Under the pieces are notes generated by a model. The model was not told where the DNA came from. It did not search any database and saw only the letters and a list, made by a program, of their open reading frames with translations. This document shows positions 45,819-55,061 of a stretch of 58,709 bases of DNA, in pieces. The stretch's first letter is position 1; every line of letters starts with the position of its first letter. The DNA comes from a virus (Duplodnaviria > Caudoviricetes). The position numbers were made by a program, and so were the translations under genes. The DNA is taken from positions 1 through 58,709 of IMG/VR virus record IMGVR_UViG_3300027759_000102. The stretch is one strand, 5' to 3'.

Positions 45819-48532
45819 TACGCTTTTCCAGTAATAAGTTTACCGTTCTTATCAAACTTCATTGTTGTTGCTGCACCGGAACCGAGCTGTTGGGCTACCC
45901 ACTCTGGAGACATCCCTAACAACTGTCTATCGGCGGGTGAAGTATTTTGTATTAGTTGTCGGTAACTTTGATTAGTAGCATCAGCATCACTAAGGTCAGG
46001 AAGTCGACGTTTTAAATCGGCGGCTAACATTTTTTGAGCAGTATCAAAACGCCTTTGTGCCGCGGTTTCCCGATGTGCCCTAGCAGTTTCAGCGTTAGTA
46101 GCTTGCTTAAGTTTACGATCTTCTTCTCGGCCAATACCCGCAGTAAAGGATTCAACGCCTTTCTCTAAGCCTTCACCTGCCGCACCGAGAAGCGTACGAG
46201 CTTTGCTCTTCATCATACCTGCACCCGTACCCATAAGGGCTAGACCCAAGTTACGATAGAACGCTCTTTCCTCTTCAGTTGGTGCATTAGCGGCTTTAGT
46301 CTTAGCAACTTCAACTAACTGAGCGTCACTTGGTTTTACTGCCGCAGGAGCAACTGCGTCTGTTTTAGGCGCGGGTTTATTTTTTCCTAAATCCGCAATT
46401 CGCGCGGCTTGCATAGCTTCTGGCGTAGGTTTTGCAGGTGTAGTGTTTGCTGCTGGCGGAAGCCCCACGGCTACTCGCGCGGTGTCAATAGGACCCCTAG
46501 CTAAATCTGCAATACCCCCACCTATTTCTTGTGCTTTCTTTGCAATGTCTTTTCCACGGTCACGCAATGATGATGACCCCAACGCCCTAGCCATTTCTGA
46601 CCTTACACGGTTTTCTAATCCGGCGTAATGTTGTTTAGCATTAGGGAAATTTTTAGGTATGTTTTCTATGTCGTACGCACCCATGTTAGCAATGAAAGTT
46701 TTTTCGTTAACTTTTCCATCAGAACCAGTTGCGTCTTTTATTGCTTTTTGAATAGCTTTAGTGCCGGTTTCACCAAATGCGTTACCAGCGCCAAGTTGGT
46801 GCGAACGACTTGCAAAATATCTAATTATATTAGGGTTGTTAGCAATTTCTGCAGGGATACCCAATTCAGGTTTTAAAAGAGTGCGATGCGTAGTGGCTAC
46901 AGTTTTTGCAACTATCGCTTGTTGCATACTTAAAAATTTCTGTGGGTCTTTTTTGTTTGCCGCTGCTACTTGTTTAATAAACTCAGCGTATTGTTTTGGG
47001 TCGTTAGGATCAGCAGTTATCTTATCCCCTTCATTTGCTTGGGCGTTATAATTTTTAATAAAAGTAGTTCCCGCACCATTAGCGGTATTAAGTTGCCACG
47101 GTCCAATATTAACCCCCTTGTTAGAGTCAAGGTTTACGTTTCCTGAATACGCCTGTCGGGTTTCTGGCGTATTAGTTTGGGTTTCAAACCTAGTTAGACT
47201 ATTAGCAACATCATTAGCAAATTCATCATGCGTTTGTGGAGGTTTTGTTGCAACTGCCGCGGCATTAGTTATAGCTGCAGGACGTTTTCCAAGCTTTGTA
47301 TTTGCGGTTACCGCGCCTAATCCGTCTACTGTGCCCGCTGTAACCGGAGGTGCATCGCTTGATACAGGAGCATCTGCAACTTGAACAGGCCTTGGTGCAT
47401 AAGGGTTTAGTCCCCGAGATTGTGTTGGTTCAATAGGTGCGTTTGCAACCATAGTAGGTTTTTGTTTTTCTACAAACAAAGACTTAGCGTCAAGCGGTTT
47501 TCCATCCGCGCTTTTATAGGCAACATGTACGTGAGGCGCAGTAGTCCTACCTGTTTTCCCCATACCACCAAGTGGTACACCAGCTTCTATAGCGTCCCCC
47601 TTCTTTACATTTATATGGTTAAGGTGCGAATAACTAGTAACTGTTCCATCAGCGTTTAATACTTCAACATGGTTGCCAGCGGTTCCTTTTTCACCGGCGT
47701 AGGTAACTGTTCCCGCGGTCAAACTACTAACGGGTGTACCTATTTTGTTGCCTGCTGCCCCTACATCTAAAGCAAAATGATCTTCCTCTTTGCCGGTTAT
47801 AGGGCTTTTGCGTTTTCCATAGCCGCTTGTAAGCTGACCACCCGGGATTAGCAAACCGTAATTGTATTTAACTTCAGGAGCTTCGCCCGCATCAGTCCTA
47901 GTTGCAGAAGGTGCTTTAGCAAACATATCCCCTGCAGGTTTAGCGGGTTCAAACGGCGCGTTGGCTCGGTCTAACACTGCTTTGTCTTCTTCACTAAGCG
48001 GAACTTCTGCGGGGTTAGCAGATGGCATTAAAGAAGCAAGACCTTGTGCATTTACTGGGGCTTGCGTTTCTACTGGGGCTTGCGTTTCTACTGAGGGAAC
48101 TAAACTTTCTTCTTCGCCATTAAACGCGAGTAACCCACCACTTGCCGCTTGGATAGGGTTTTCTTCAGGCATGTTGCCAATACCACCTTTGTCGTAGACT
48201 TCTGGAGAATACATATCTGACCGGATAGGTAATGCACTAATACCTTCTTGACTCTGCATTTTGTCTAATACAGTAGGCTCGTTAGGGTTGTAGTTTTTAA
48301 TAGCACTATCATTTTGTGAAGACTTTTGCTCATCTTTTAAGATGCCATCCGCAATAAACGCAGCTAATCGAGCTTGCTTAAGCCCTTCTGGAGGATTTGT
48401 TTTATAGCGGTTGAGAATCTCACCCGGCTTACCGCCACTTTTTACGTGTTTCATCTCCATAGCCGCAATCTGCTCGGCTAACTTACCTAGGTATGTGTTA
48501 TCTGCAATCCCACTGCTTTGATTAAGTGCCAT
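45818..48532 (-). CDS. Ejection protein with an M23 peptidase and a putative lysozyme-like domain
   Basis: M23 motifs HFALD, YSHL and GRTTAPHVH; a second domain has FE...YSGNV..D...G.NIGPWQL. Confidence 0.75.
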   Translation of the reverse strand: MALNQSSGIADNTYLGKLAEQIAAMEMKHVKSGGKPGEILNRYKTNPPEGLKQARLAAFIADGILKDEQKSSQNDSAIKNYNPNEPTVLDKMQSQEGISALPIRSDMYSPEVYDKGGIGNMPEENPIQAASGGLLAFNGEEESLVPSVETQAPVETQAPVNAQGLASLMPSANPAEVPLSEEDKAVLDRANAPFEPAKPAGDMFAKAPSATRTDAGEAPEVKYNYGLLIPGGQLTSGYGKRKSPITGKEEDHFALDVGAAGNKIGTPVSSLTAGTVTYAGEKGTAGNHVEVLNADGTVTSYSHLNHINVKKGDAIEAGVPLGGMGKTGRTTAPHVHVAYKSADGKPLDAKSLFVEKQKPTMVANAPIEPTQSRGLNPYAPRPVQVADAPVSSDAPPVTAGTVDGLGAVTANTKLGKRPAAITNAAAVATKPPQTHDEFANDVANSLTRFETQTNTPETRQAYSGNVNLDSNKGVNIGPWQLNTANGAGTTFIKNYNAQANEGDKITADPNDPKQYAEFIKQVAAANKKDPQKFLSMQQAIVAKTVATTHRTLLKPELGIPAEIANNPNIIRYFASRSHQLGAGNAFGETGTKAIQKAIKDATGSDGKVNEKTFIANMGAYDIENIPKNFPNAKQHYAGLENRVRSEMARALGSSSLRDRGKDIAKKAQEIGGGIADLARGPIDTARVAVGLPPAANTTPAKPTPEAMQAARIADLGKNKPAPKTDAVAPAAVKPSDAQLVEVAKTKAANAPTEEERAFYRNLGLALMGTGAGMMKSKARTLLGAAGEGLEKGVESFTAGIGREEDRKLKQATNAETARAHRETAAQRRFDTAQKMLAADLKRRLPDLSDADATNQSYRQLIQNTSPADRQLLGMSPEWVAQQLGSGAATTMKFDKNGKLITGKA

Positions 48533-48543
48533 GTTCTATTCCT

Positions 48544-50745
48544 CTATTTAGCCATCTGAGCGCCGTAGCCATAGGACAGCCCACCTAACCCTGCTGTAGC
48601 CAGACCTGCAAGTTGATTTGATAACGGGGGTTGTGCTTGATACATTGTCTGGGTTGACCCCGTAGATGGTGTGCCGCGTAGTATGTCAGACATAAAACCA
48701 AGCTGTTGGTATGGGTAACGCTGTTGATTTAAGAAGTCATTATAACGCTGAGTTAGCTGTTGCTGCTGTAACGCTTGCTGTTGTGCACCGGCTTGTTGCT
48801 GTGCAGCATTAATACCCATGTTTTGAGCGTAATCCATCTGCCCAAGGTTACCTAGCTGATTGCCCGCCGCTAGCTGTTGTTGCAGCCCTTGAAGCCCTAG
48901 GTTAGACCCAAACTGCCGAGACTGTTCACCCGCTTGTTGTCCTGCCAACCCATACTGCGCGGCAAGTTGTGCGTTCTGCATGTTTTGTGCATTGCCTGCC
49001 AAGTTCTGTTGTAAACCTTGCCCTTGAGCTTGAAGAGCCGCTTGTTGATTGGCTTGCTGTGCTTGGAGGCTTTGACCAGCGCCTAATTGTTGAACACCAA
49101 GCATTGCCTGTAAGTTTTGTTGACCCGTAGTTAACCCTGCCTGTTGGTTGGCTAATTGAGCTTGTTGGCGCATTTGCGCGTTTTGAAGATTGGCGGCTTG
49201 GTTAAACTGACCCTGCTGTAAACCATACTGCCCTTGTTGTGCTTGATTGGCCATTAAAGACTGTTGGTTAGCTTGTTGATTGGCTAGGTTTGCAGCTTGG
49301 TTAAACTGGCCCTGCTGCAACCCATACTGACCCTGAAGGGCTTGGTTAGCCATCCCAGCTTGCTGACCAAACTGAGCATTCTGTAGCCCAGTGTTGTATT
49401 GCATCTGTTGATTGGCAAGACCTGCTTGTAGCCCAGTTTGTTGGTTAGCCAGTAATGCTTGTAACCCTGTTTGTTGGTTAGCTTGTTGCGCTTGCATACC
49501 TGTTTGAGCTGCAAGACCCTGCGTTTGAAGACCCGCACTTAAGTTTTGAAGATTAGCTTGTTGTTGATTAGCTTGATTAGCCAAAGCTGATTGTTGCCCC
49601 AATTGCGCACCAAGACCTTGAGTCTGTAGGTTTGCACCAAGGTTTTGTTGCCCCACTGTTAATCCAGCCTGTTGATTGGCTTGTTGAGCTTGCAGTTGTC
49701 TTGCTTGATCTTGCTGAAACGCCTGTTGTGCTTGACCATATGCTGCGTTAAGACCTTGGGCTTGAATGTCACCTTTTTGAGTAGCTAAGTTACGCGCAGC
49801 TTCCGCATCCATAATAGCTTGACGTGAACCGCCAAAAGCACCCGCGCCTACAGCTTGGGCGTTACGACCTGTCTTAGCAACATCAGCGGCTCTCTGTGCT
49901 TCGCGTTGTTGAACATCCACCACGTTTTGGGTGTATGGGTTCATGTATTGTGACGCGGTATTAGGATCGGTAAAGTCTTTAGATGCTACGTTACTTGCTG
50001 GCCCCATCTGGTAGTTCTGGAGATTTGGGCCACCTACGTCACCTGCTGCTTGCATAGATAGGTTCTGCAAGTTTGGCGCGTTTACACGTTCTGCTTGTGC
50101 TTGCATAGCTGATACATTTTGCGGCCCTTGGAAGTTCATTCCAGAAAAGCTAGGTGCGGCGTTTAGTTGTGCCGCTTGAGTTCCTGCATATCCTGCTTCT
50201 GGAGCTGCATTCAGTTGCGCACTTCTTGCTCTCGCGCCATACACATCACCGGGCTGTTGCATTTGAAAGTTTTGCAAATTAGGGTTTTGGACATTTCCGT
50301 AGCTTTGAATACCCATAGGGTTAAACTGCGCACCCTGAAACTGATTGCCAAAGTTCTGTGGTTGATACTGCCCGTATTGCTGTGCTTGGTTAGCGACGTT
50401 AGCTGAGATGTCCATACCCGCGCCAGTGGCAGGAGAAGCAGTCATTTGTTGGACATTGCCAAACGCTTGTTGTTGCATTGGGTTAAAGCCCGCAATCTGC
50501 TGCCCACCGTAAGTTTGAAATGGGTTTTGGCTAATATCGGTTAGCGCGGAAGCTTGCCCCATAGCTTTTTGCGCGTAGGGTTTTGCCCAATCCGGGATAG
50601 TTGAAGTTGTAGTTGTAGTTTTGTCTGGGGTTGCCGGCGCTGAATCGCCGCCGCCACAAATGTAGCCGCCGCCAAGTTTTTGTCGGGTAGCAGATTCACC
50701 AAACGGTTCGCCCAGTGCTTCTAATTGTCTACGTGAGATACTCAT
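48544..50745 (-). CDS. Gln/Ala/Gly-rich DNA pilot/ejection protein
   Basis: YMNPY.QNV, GAFGGSR, ANQQAGL repeats and PYQQLGF motifs. Confidence 0.7.
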   Translation of the reverse strand: MSISRRQLEALGEPFGESATRQKLGGGYICGGGDSAPATPDKTTTTTSTIPDWAKPYAQKAMGQASALTDISQNPFQTYGGQQIAGFNPMQQQAFGNVQQMTASPATGAGMDISANVANQAQQYGQYQPQNFGNQFQGAQFNPMGIQSYGNVQNPNLQNFQMQQPGDVYGARARSAQLNAAPEAGYAGTQAAQLNAAPSFSGMNFQGPQNVSAMQAQAERVNAPNLQNLSMQAAGDVGGPNLQNYQMGPASNVASKDFTDPNTASQYMNPYTQNVVDVQQREAQRAADVAKTGRNAQAVGAGAFGGSRQAIMDAEAARNLATQKGDIQAQGLNAAYGQAQQAFQQDQARQLQAQQANQQAGLTVGQQNLGANLQTQGLGAQLGQQSALANQANQQQANLQNLSAGLQTQGLAAQTGMQAQQANQQTGLQALLANQQTGLQAGLANQQMQYNTGLQNAQFGQQAGMANQALQGQYGLQQGQFNQAANLANQQANQQSLMANQAQQGQYGLQQGQFNQAANLQNAQMRQQAQLANQQAGLTTGQQNLQAMLGVQQLGAGQSLQAQQANQQAALQAQGQGLQQNLAGNAQNMQNAQLAAQYGLAGQQAGEQSRQFGSNLGLQGLQQQLAAGNQLGNLGQMDYAQNMGINAAQQQAGAQQQALQQQQLTQRYNDFLNQQRYPYQQLGFMSDILRGTPSTGSTQTMYQAQPPLSNQLAGLATAGLGGLSYGYGAQMAK

Positions 50746-51146
50746 AATTTAACCTCTATAGTTCGGTATTTTTCTACAAACCCGTATTTCTTTAACATAC
50801 GTGCGACTGATTCTCTAGCCGCGCTTTCTAATTTAGTAGCCCCATTAGCCCTAGCAAACTGCTGCAACTGCTCAAAGGTTTCCTGATTTGTAATCAACCT
50901 TCCACCAATTGTTGTAACAAGCGCAACTCTATCTAATGGGCGGTTAAAAAAACTAACCGTTGCGGCCCCACAAATTTCATTATCTTCAACGGCAACCAGC
51001 AATTTCCAATCACCATTGGTTACTTTTGCCCTTACTTGGTCTAACGTAAAATCTCCTTTGGAATGAAGTATAGTAGCTTCAATAAAATCAGAGACTTTAT
51101 CCCACGTGTAATTAACCCATTCTAAAGGTACGTATTCTATTTTCAT
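50742..51146 (-). CDS. GNAT-fold tail/core assembly protein (T7 gp13-like position)
   Basis: GAAT, IGG, A...GAT.LE...R and YGF pattern; lies directly upstream of the pilot protein. Confidence 0.6.
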   Translation of the reverse strand: MKIEYVPLEWVNYTWDKVSDFIEATILHSKGDFTLDQVRAKVTNGDWKLLVAVEDNEICGAATVSFFNRPLDRVALVTTIGGRLITNQETFEQLQQFARANGATKLESAARESVARMLKKYGFVEKYRTIEVKL

Positions 51147-54100
51147 GCGGGCATAAATTTACTTGGGTTAATTTGCTTACCTTGTTTCTTATTACCTACC
51201 CGTGCCATACGTACTTTATCCATCATCTGGTATAGACGTTTAGCACCTGCTTTGGTAGAACCGTTACCTAAGTGCGACACCACATCTGCCGGTATTACAA
51301 ACTCACCATCGGCAAGCGCAGCGCGTTGTGGTCTTGGCCCATTAATTACAGCAGGGATAGAGTCAGACATCCCATCGCCATCACCATTAAGCAGTTTACC
51401 ACCGGCAGCGTAAGTTTGTAGTGTGGCAATCCCACCCATAGCGTATTTCTTGGCTTTGATAGGGCCGCCAGCTCTGTCAGAAGGATGCTCATCCGGAACG
51501 CGCCGCTCCCTTCCATCTTCATCATGATAAACCTGCCAACCATCTTCATTGGTAAAAATTGGAGAACCGCCATATGTTGGCACTTCTGGCGTAGGTGGTG
51601 GAGGCGGTGGGGGTGGAGTTTGAGGTTGGGGAATTGGCGGTTGCACCATTCCAGCCAAGCCGCCGCCCGTATCACCATCCCCATGATTCATGCCAAGCCA
51701 CCCACCGTCAATTGGCTGACCTATCATTGCAACCGCAGTTGGGTCTCTATATTCGTGCGTCATAAAATTGCTAGTATCTATAGTTGGCGCAGGAGGTGGC
51801 GGCATATCCGGCGGCATATCATTGCCAATTTTTGGTTGATTGCTAGGCTCATCTCCGTAAACATAATCTCTGAACACCGGTTGAGTTGGTGGTGGTGGCG
51901 GCGGCATATCATAATCTCTGAACACCGGTTCAGTTGGTGGTGGTGGCGGCGGCATATCATAATCTCTGAACACCGGTTCAGTTGGTGGTGGCGTGTAATC
52001 TATAGGCGTGTATTGATAGTCCCTATCGTCACCAGACTGTCCTACTAGTTCACGATTAAACTTCTGACCAGCTTCGTCTTGAAAATAACTATCGTCTTCA
52101 TTTACGTGAATTTGTTGTATTTCACCTTTTGGCGCAGGCGGAGGTGGGGGTGGGGGTGGAGTTTGAGGCTGGGGAATTGGCGGCTGCACCATCCCACGCA
52201 GATCACCGCCCATAGGTGTTGAATCAGGAGGTATCAGCGAAGCTATGCCGCCCGCATCTGAGTCAGTTGAACGTGGCATTACATCAGCAGTTGGCGGTGG
52301 CGGTGGTGCAGGAGGCGGTGGTGGCGCAGGTTCATAATAGGTATTACCCCACTGATCCGTAACCATGCCTCCATCTGAAGGCTGTGATGTTGATTGTGTT
52401 GGCGGCGTATATGTTGGCGGCGTGTATGTTGGCGGCGTGTATGTTGGTTGCTGTGCCGGTTGATTAGCCATTCTTTCATCTATAAGTTTTTGATACGCTT
52501 GCTCTGGTGGCGTGTAATCTATAGGCGTGTACTCATAGTCCCTATCGTCACCAGACTGTCCTGTTAGTTTGCGATTAAACTTTTGACCTTCCTCGTCTTG
52601 AAAATAAGAAATATCTTCACCGTCTCTTATCGCGCTTATTTCACCTTTTGGTGGAGGTGGTGGCGGTGTATAGGTAGACTTAAACTCATTAAATCCGGGG
52701 AAATAGCTGGGATTTGCTGGTTGAGTTGGTGGTGGTGGTGGTGGTGGTGGCGCTGGTTGTGGCGCTGGTTGTGGCGCTGGTTGCCCAATAGAAGGAAGCC
52801 CCGGACTAGGCTGTGCTACAGGCTGGGTTGCGGGCTGCGCTACAGGGGCTACCGGCGCAATAGGCCTTGATGGATTAAACGCGAATGCCGGAACATCAGG
52901 AAAAGGGGTTCCGTTGCTGCTTGTTCCATCCCCCGGAAGAACTCCTTGGCTTGTAAAGCTTGGTGCAGAGTATTGTTGCGCAGGGGCGCCTTGTAATGAC
53001 TTATTTAAGTTAGTCATATACCGAGCATTTTCTGTAGGGTCTGGTCGGTTTTGTTGAATGGCAAACGGGCTTTGGTAAGCAGGTTGTGTTGAGCCTTGAC
53101 CTTGAGCCGCAAATGGGTTTTGGCGAGGTTGTTGATCTTCAGGCTTTACATTGCCACCTTCTTCGTAACCAATAGACCCACCTGATGCGGCTTTGTAGTA
53201 ATCCTCTGGGTCTGATTCGTAGATACCTGATCCTGAACCTCGACTAGCTAAATCTTTACTAGCCGCCGCACCACGTAAAATTGGGTTTTTTGATTTTTTG
53301 GCAAGCGCAGCAATTTGTTTATCCGATAATTTATCAAGGGCTTTATCTAATGATGGCGCAGTTGCGTATCCTTCAAAATCAGGAGTTTCTCTATCAAACA
53401 CGGGGATAACAGGTTTATCGCTATCATCTTCCCCACTATACATACCCTTTAAAGTGCGCGCGGCAGTAGCAGATTCTGGAACATAACTTCCCGACTTACC
53501 ACTAAACGCAAGTAATCCACCACCAGCGATGTTAGCAATTTTGCTAATGACCCCCGGGGTATACCCTTGGTTAATGTAGTATGGTTCACCGGCTTCTCCA
53601 AAACGTGGATTACGTTCACCGGGTGAATAAGTGGTGTTGTAGTAATCAGGTGGCGGCTCTTTGGGAATAGGTTTTGGTTTGTTTGTTTCCGCAAGAATAG
53701 GTAAGGTTGCCGCCGTACCGGACTTTAATAGCCCCATACCACCACCAACCCCTGTAGACGCCGAACCCGCAGTAGTTGTTGTTATGCCATTAGTAGTGGT
53801 TGAGGTAGCCGGTACTGCTGCCTGCCCATAAAACGCGCTACGCCCACTTTCAGTACCTAAAGATTTAAGCCCTTGTCCCAGTTGTTTCAACGGCGTTTGC
53901 GCAGGTGAAGCGGTAACAGCAGATGGAGCGGGGGCAGGAGGAGAAAATACGGGTTGTTGGGTAAGCCCCGGACCAACAAGGCCGGGGGCGGGGGTTGCAT
54001 TGATAGCGCCTACAGTTGAATTTGTAGCAGTAGACAACGGCTGTCCAAGACTGGGTGCAATGTTTTGTGCTTGAGTAGCCATTTGAGCTGGAGACATTCC

Positions 54101-54721
54101 AGCTTGTAAACCTTGACTTGCTATGCCTTGCCCTGAATAATTTTGCAACCCAGAACCCAACATCTGTGAACCCGTGTTTGCAGCAGTACCAGCACCAGCA
54201 CCAGCACCAGCACCAGCAGCGGGCGTAACAAGACTTGGATTGATTGCGGTAGAAACCGTACCTGCACCTGCGGCGGGAGCCGCACCTGCACCTGCGGCGG
54301 GAATAGTACTAGCCCCAGCAGCGGCAAGACCTTCGCCAATTCCGTAGCCACCAAACGCGCCCATACCTGCCATCAAGCCTTTTTTAACGCTACCTGTAGC
54401 TACCCCAGTAGCACCGCCAACCATCAGTGCGGCTACAGGCGCGCCTACCCCAGTAGCAGTAAGCAACGCACCCGCTACCATAGGTAAAATCGCACTTAAA
54501 AACCCAGCTTCTGGTAGCCCAGTTTGCGGGTTAATGGTTAATGAGCCGCCGTGCGCCATTGCTAGTTGTTGTAGACCCGCTACTTCTTTTGGGGTCATGT
54601 GAACAAGCATGGTGTCTTTGCCGCGCCCCAAAGAGGCAATACCTTGGGCTATCGGACGTTGTTGGGCTGGGGGGTAGGCGTTCATAGTAGACTCCAAATT
54701 TTCTTCAATGTTATCATACAA
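51143..54721 (-). CDS. Internal virion protein with a Pro-rich repeat insertion
   Basis: N-terminal GR.DT.LVHM...INPQTGLPEA plus glycine zipper; C-terminal GDGMSDSIPA...LADGEFVIPADVV..LG.GS..AGA domain. Confidence 0.7.
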   Translation of the reverse strand: MYDNIEENLESTMNAYPPAQQRPIAQGIASLGRGKDTMLVHMTPKEVAGLQQLAMAHGGSLTINPQTGLPEAGFLSAILPMVAGALLTATGVGAPVAALMVGGATGVATGSVKKGLMAGMGAFGGYGIGEGLAAAGASTIPAAGAGAAPAAGAGTVSTAINPSLVTPAAGAGAGAGAGTAANTGSQMLGSGLQNYSGQGIASQGLQAGMSPAQMATQAQNIAPSLGQPLSTATNSTVGAINATPAPGLVGPGLTQQPVFSPPAPAPSAVTASPAQTPLKQLGQGLKSLGTESGRSAFYGQAAVPATSTTTNGITTTTAGSASTGVGGGMGLLKSGTAATLPILAETNKPKPIPKEPPPDYYNTTYSPGERNPRFGEAGEPYYINQGYTPGVISKIANIAGGGLLAFSGKSGSYVPESATAARTLKGMYSGEDDSDKPVIPVFDRETPDFEGYATAPSLDKALDKLSDKQIAALAKKSKNPILRGAAASKDLASRGSGSGIYESDPEDYYKAASGGSIGYEEGGNVKPEDQQPRQNPFAAQGQGSTQPAYQSPFAIQQNRPDPTENARYMTNLNKSLQGAPAQQYSAPSFTSQGVLPGDGTSSNGTPFPDVPAFAFNPSRPIAPVAPVAQPATQPVAQPSPGLPSIGQPAPQPAPQPAPPPPPPPPTQPANPSYFPGFNEFKSTYTPPPPPPKGEISAIRDGEDISYFQDEEGQKFNRKLTGQSGDDRDYEYTPIDYTPPEQAYQKLIDERMANQPAQQPTYTPPTYTPPTYTPPTQSTSQPSDGGMVTDQWGNTYYEPAPPPPPAPPPPPTADVMPRSTDSDAGGIASLIPPDSTPMGGDLRGMVQPPIPQPQTPPPPPPPPAPKGEIQQIHVNEDDSYFQDEAGQKFNRELVGQSGDDRDYQYTPIDYTPPPTEPVFRDYDMPPPPPPTEPVFRDYDMPPPPPPTQPVFRDYVYGDEPSNQPKIGNDMPPDMPPPPAPTIDTSNFMTHEYRDPTAVAMIGQPIDGGWLGMNHGDGDTGGGLAGMVQPPIPQPQTPPPPPPPPTPEVPTYGGSPIFTNEDGWQVYHDEDGRERRVPDEHPSDRAGGPIKAKKYAMGGIATLQTYAAGGKLLNGDGDGMSDSIPAVINGPRPQRAALADGEFVIPADVVSHLGNGSTKAGAKRLYQMMDKVRMARVGNKKQGKQINPSKFMPA
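51862..51992 (-). repeat. 48-bp tandem repeat, about 3 copies
   Basis: Units at 51862, 51910 and 51958 encode PPPPPPT[EQ]PVFRDY(DM). Confidence 0.9.
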
Positions 54722-55058
54722 CAGTGCCTACTCTACCAGAAGCGGATGTACTTGTTAATGCTGCGGAAATTTGAGTTGTTCCATCAGCATCTTTCCAGAA
54801 AGTTCCGTTCCACCAAATAGGTTTATTTAAAGATGTATCGTAGTAAAACTGCCCTACTTGTAAATTTGCAATAGGGCGAGATGCTGAGTTCCCAGAGCTT
54901 GGAATAACTAAACTCTGTGTAAAACTGTCTAGCTGGTTAAAGTAAATACGTAAAGCATTGTTAAACTGATCTTGATACAGTGCAGCATAAGCCGTTGGCG
55001 CAATCTGTAGATTGGGGGCCTTTGGCGAAACTAACGCGCCGGTTTTTGCCGGAGTCAC
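54714..55058 (-). CDS. Small tail-associated protein
   Basis: NALRIYFNQL helix and G....RP...VGQ.YYDT.L.KPIWWNG..W motif. Confidence 0.65.
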   Translation of the reverse strand: MTPAKTGALVSPKAPNLQIAPTAYAALYQDQFNNALRIYFNQLDSFTQSLVIPSSGNSASRPIANLQVGQFYYDTSLNKPIWWNGTFWKDADGTTQISAALTSTSASGRVGTVV

Positions 55059-55061
55059 TAT

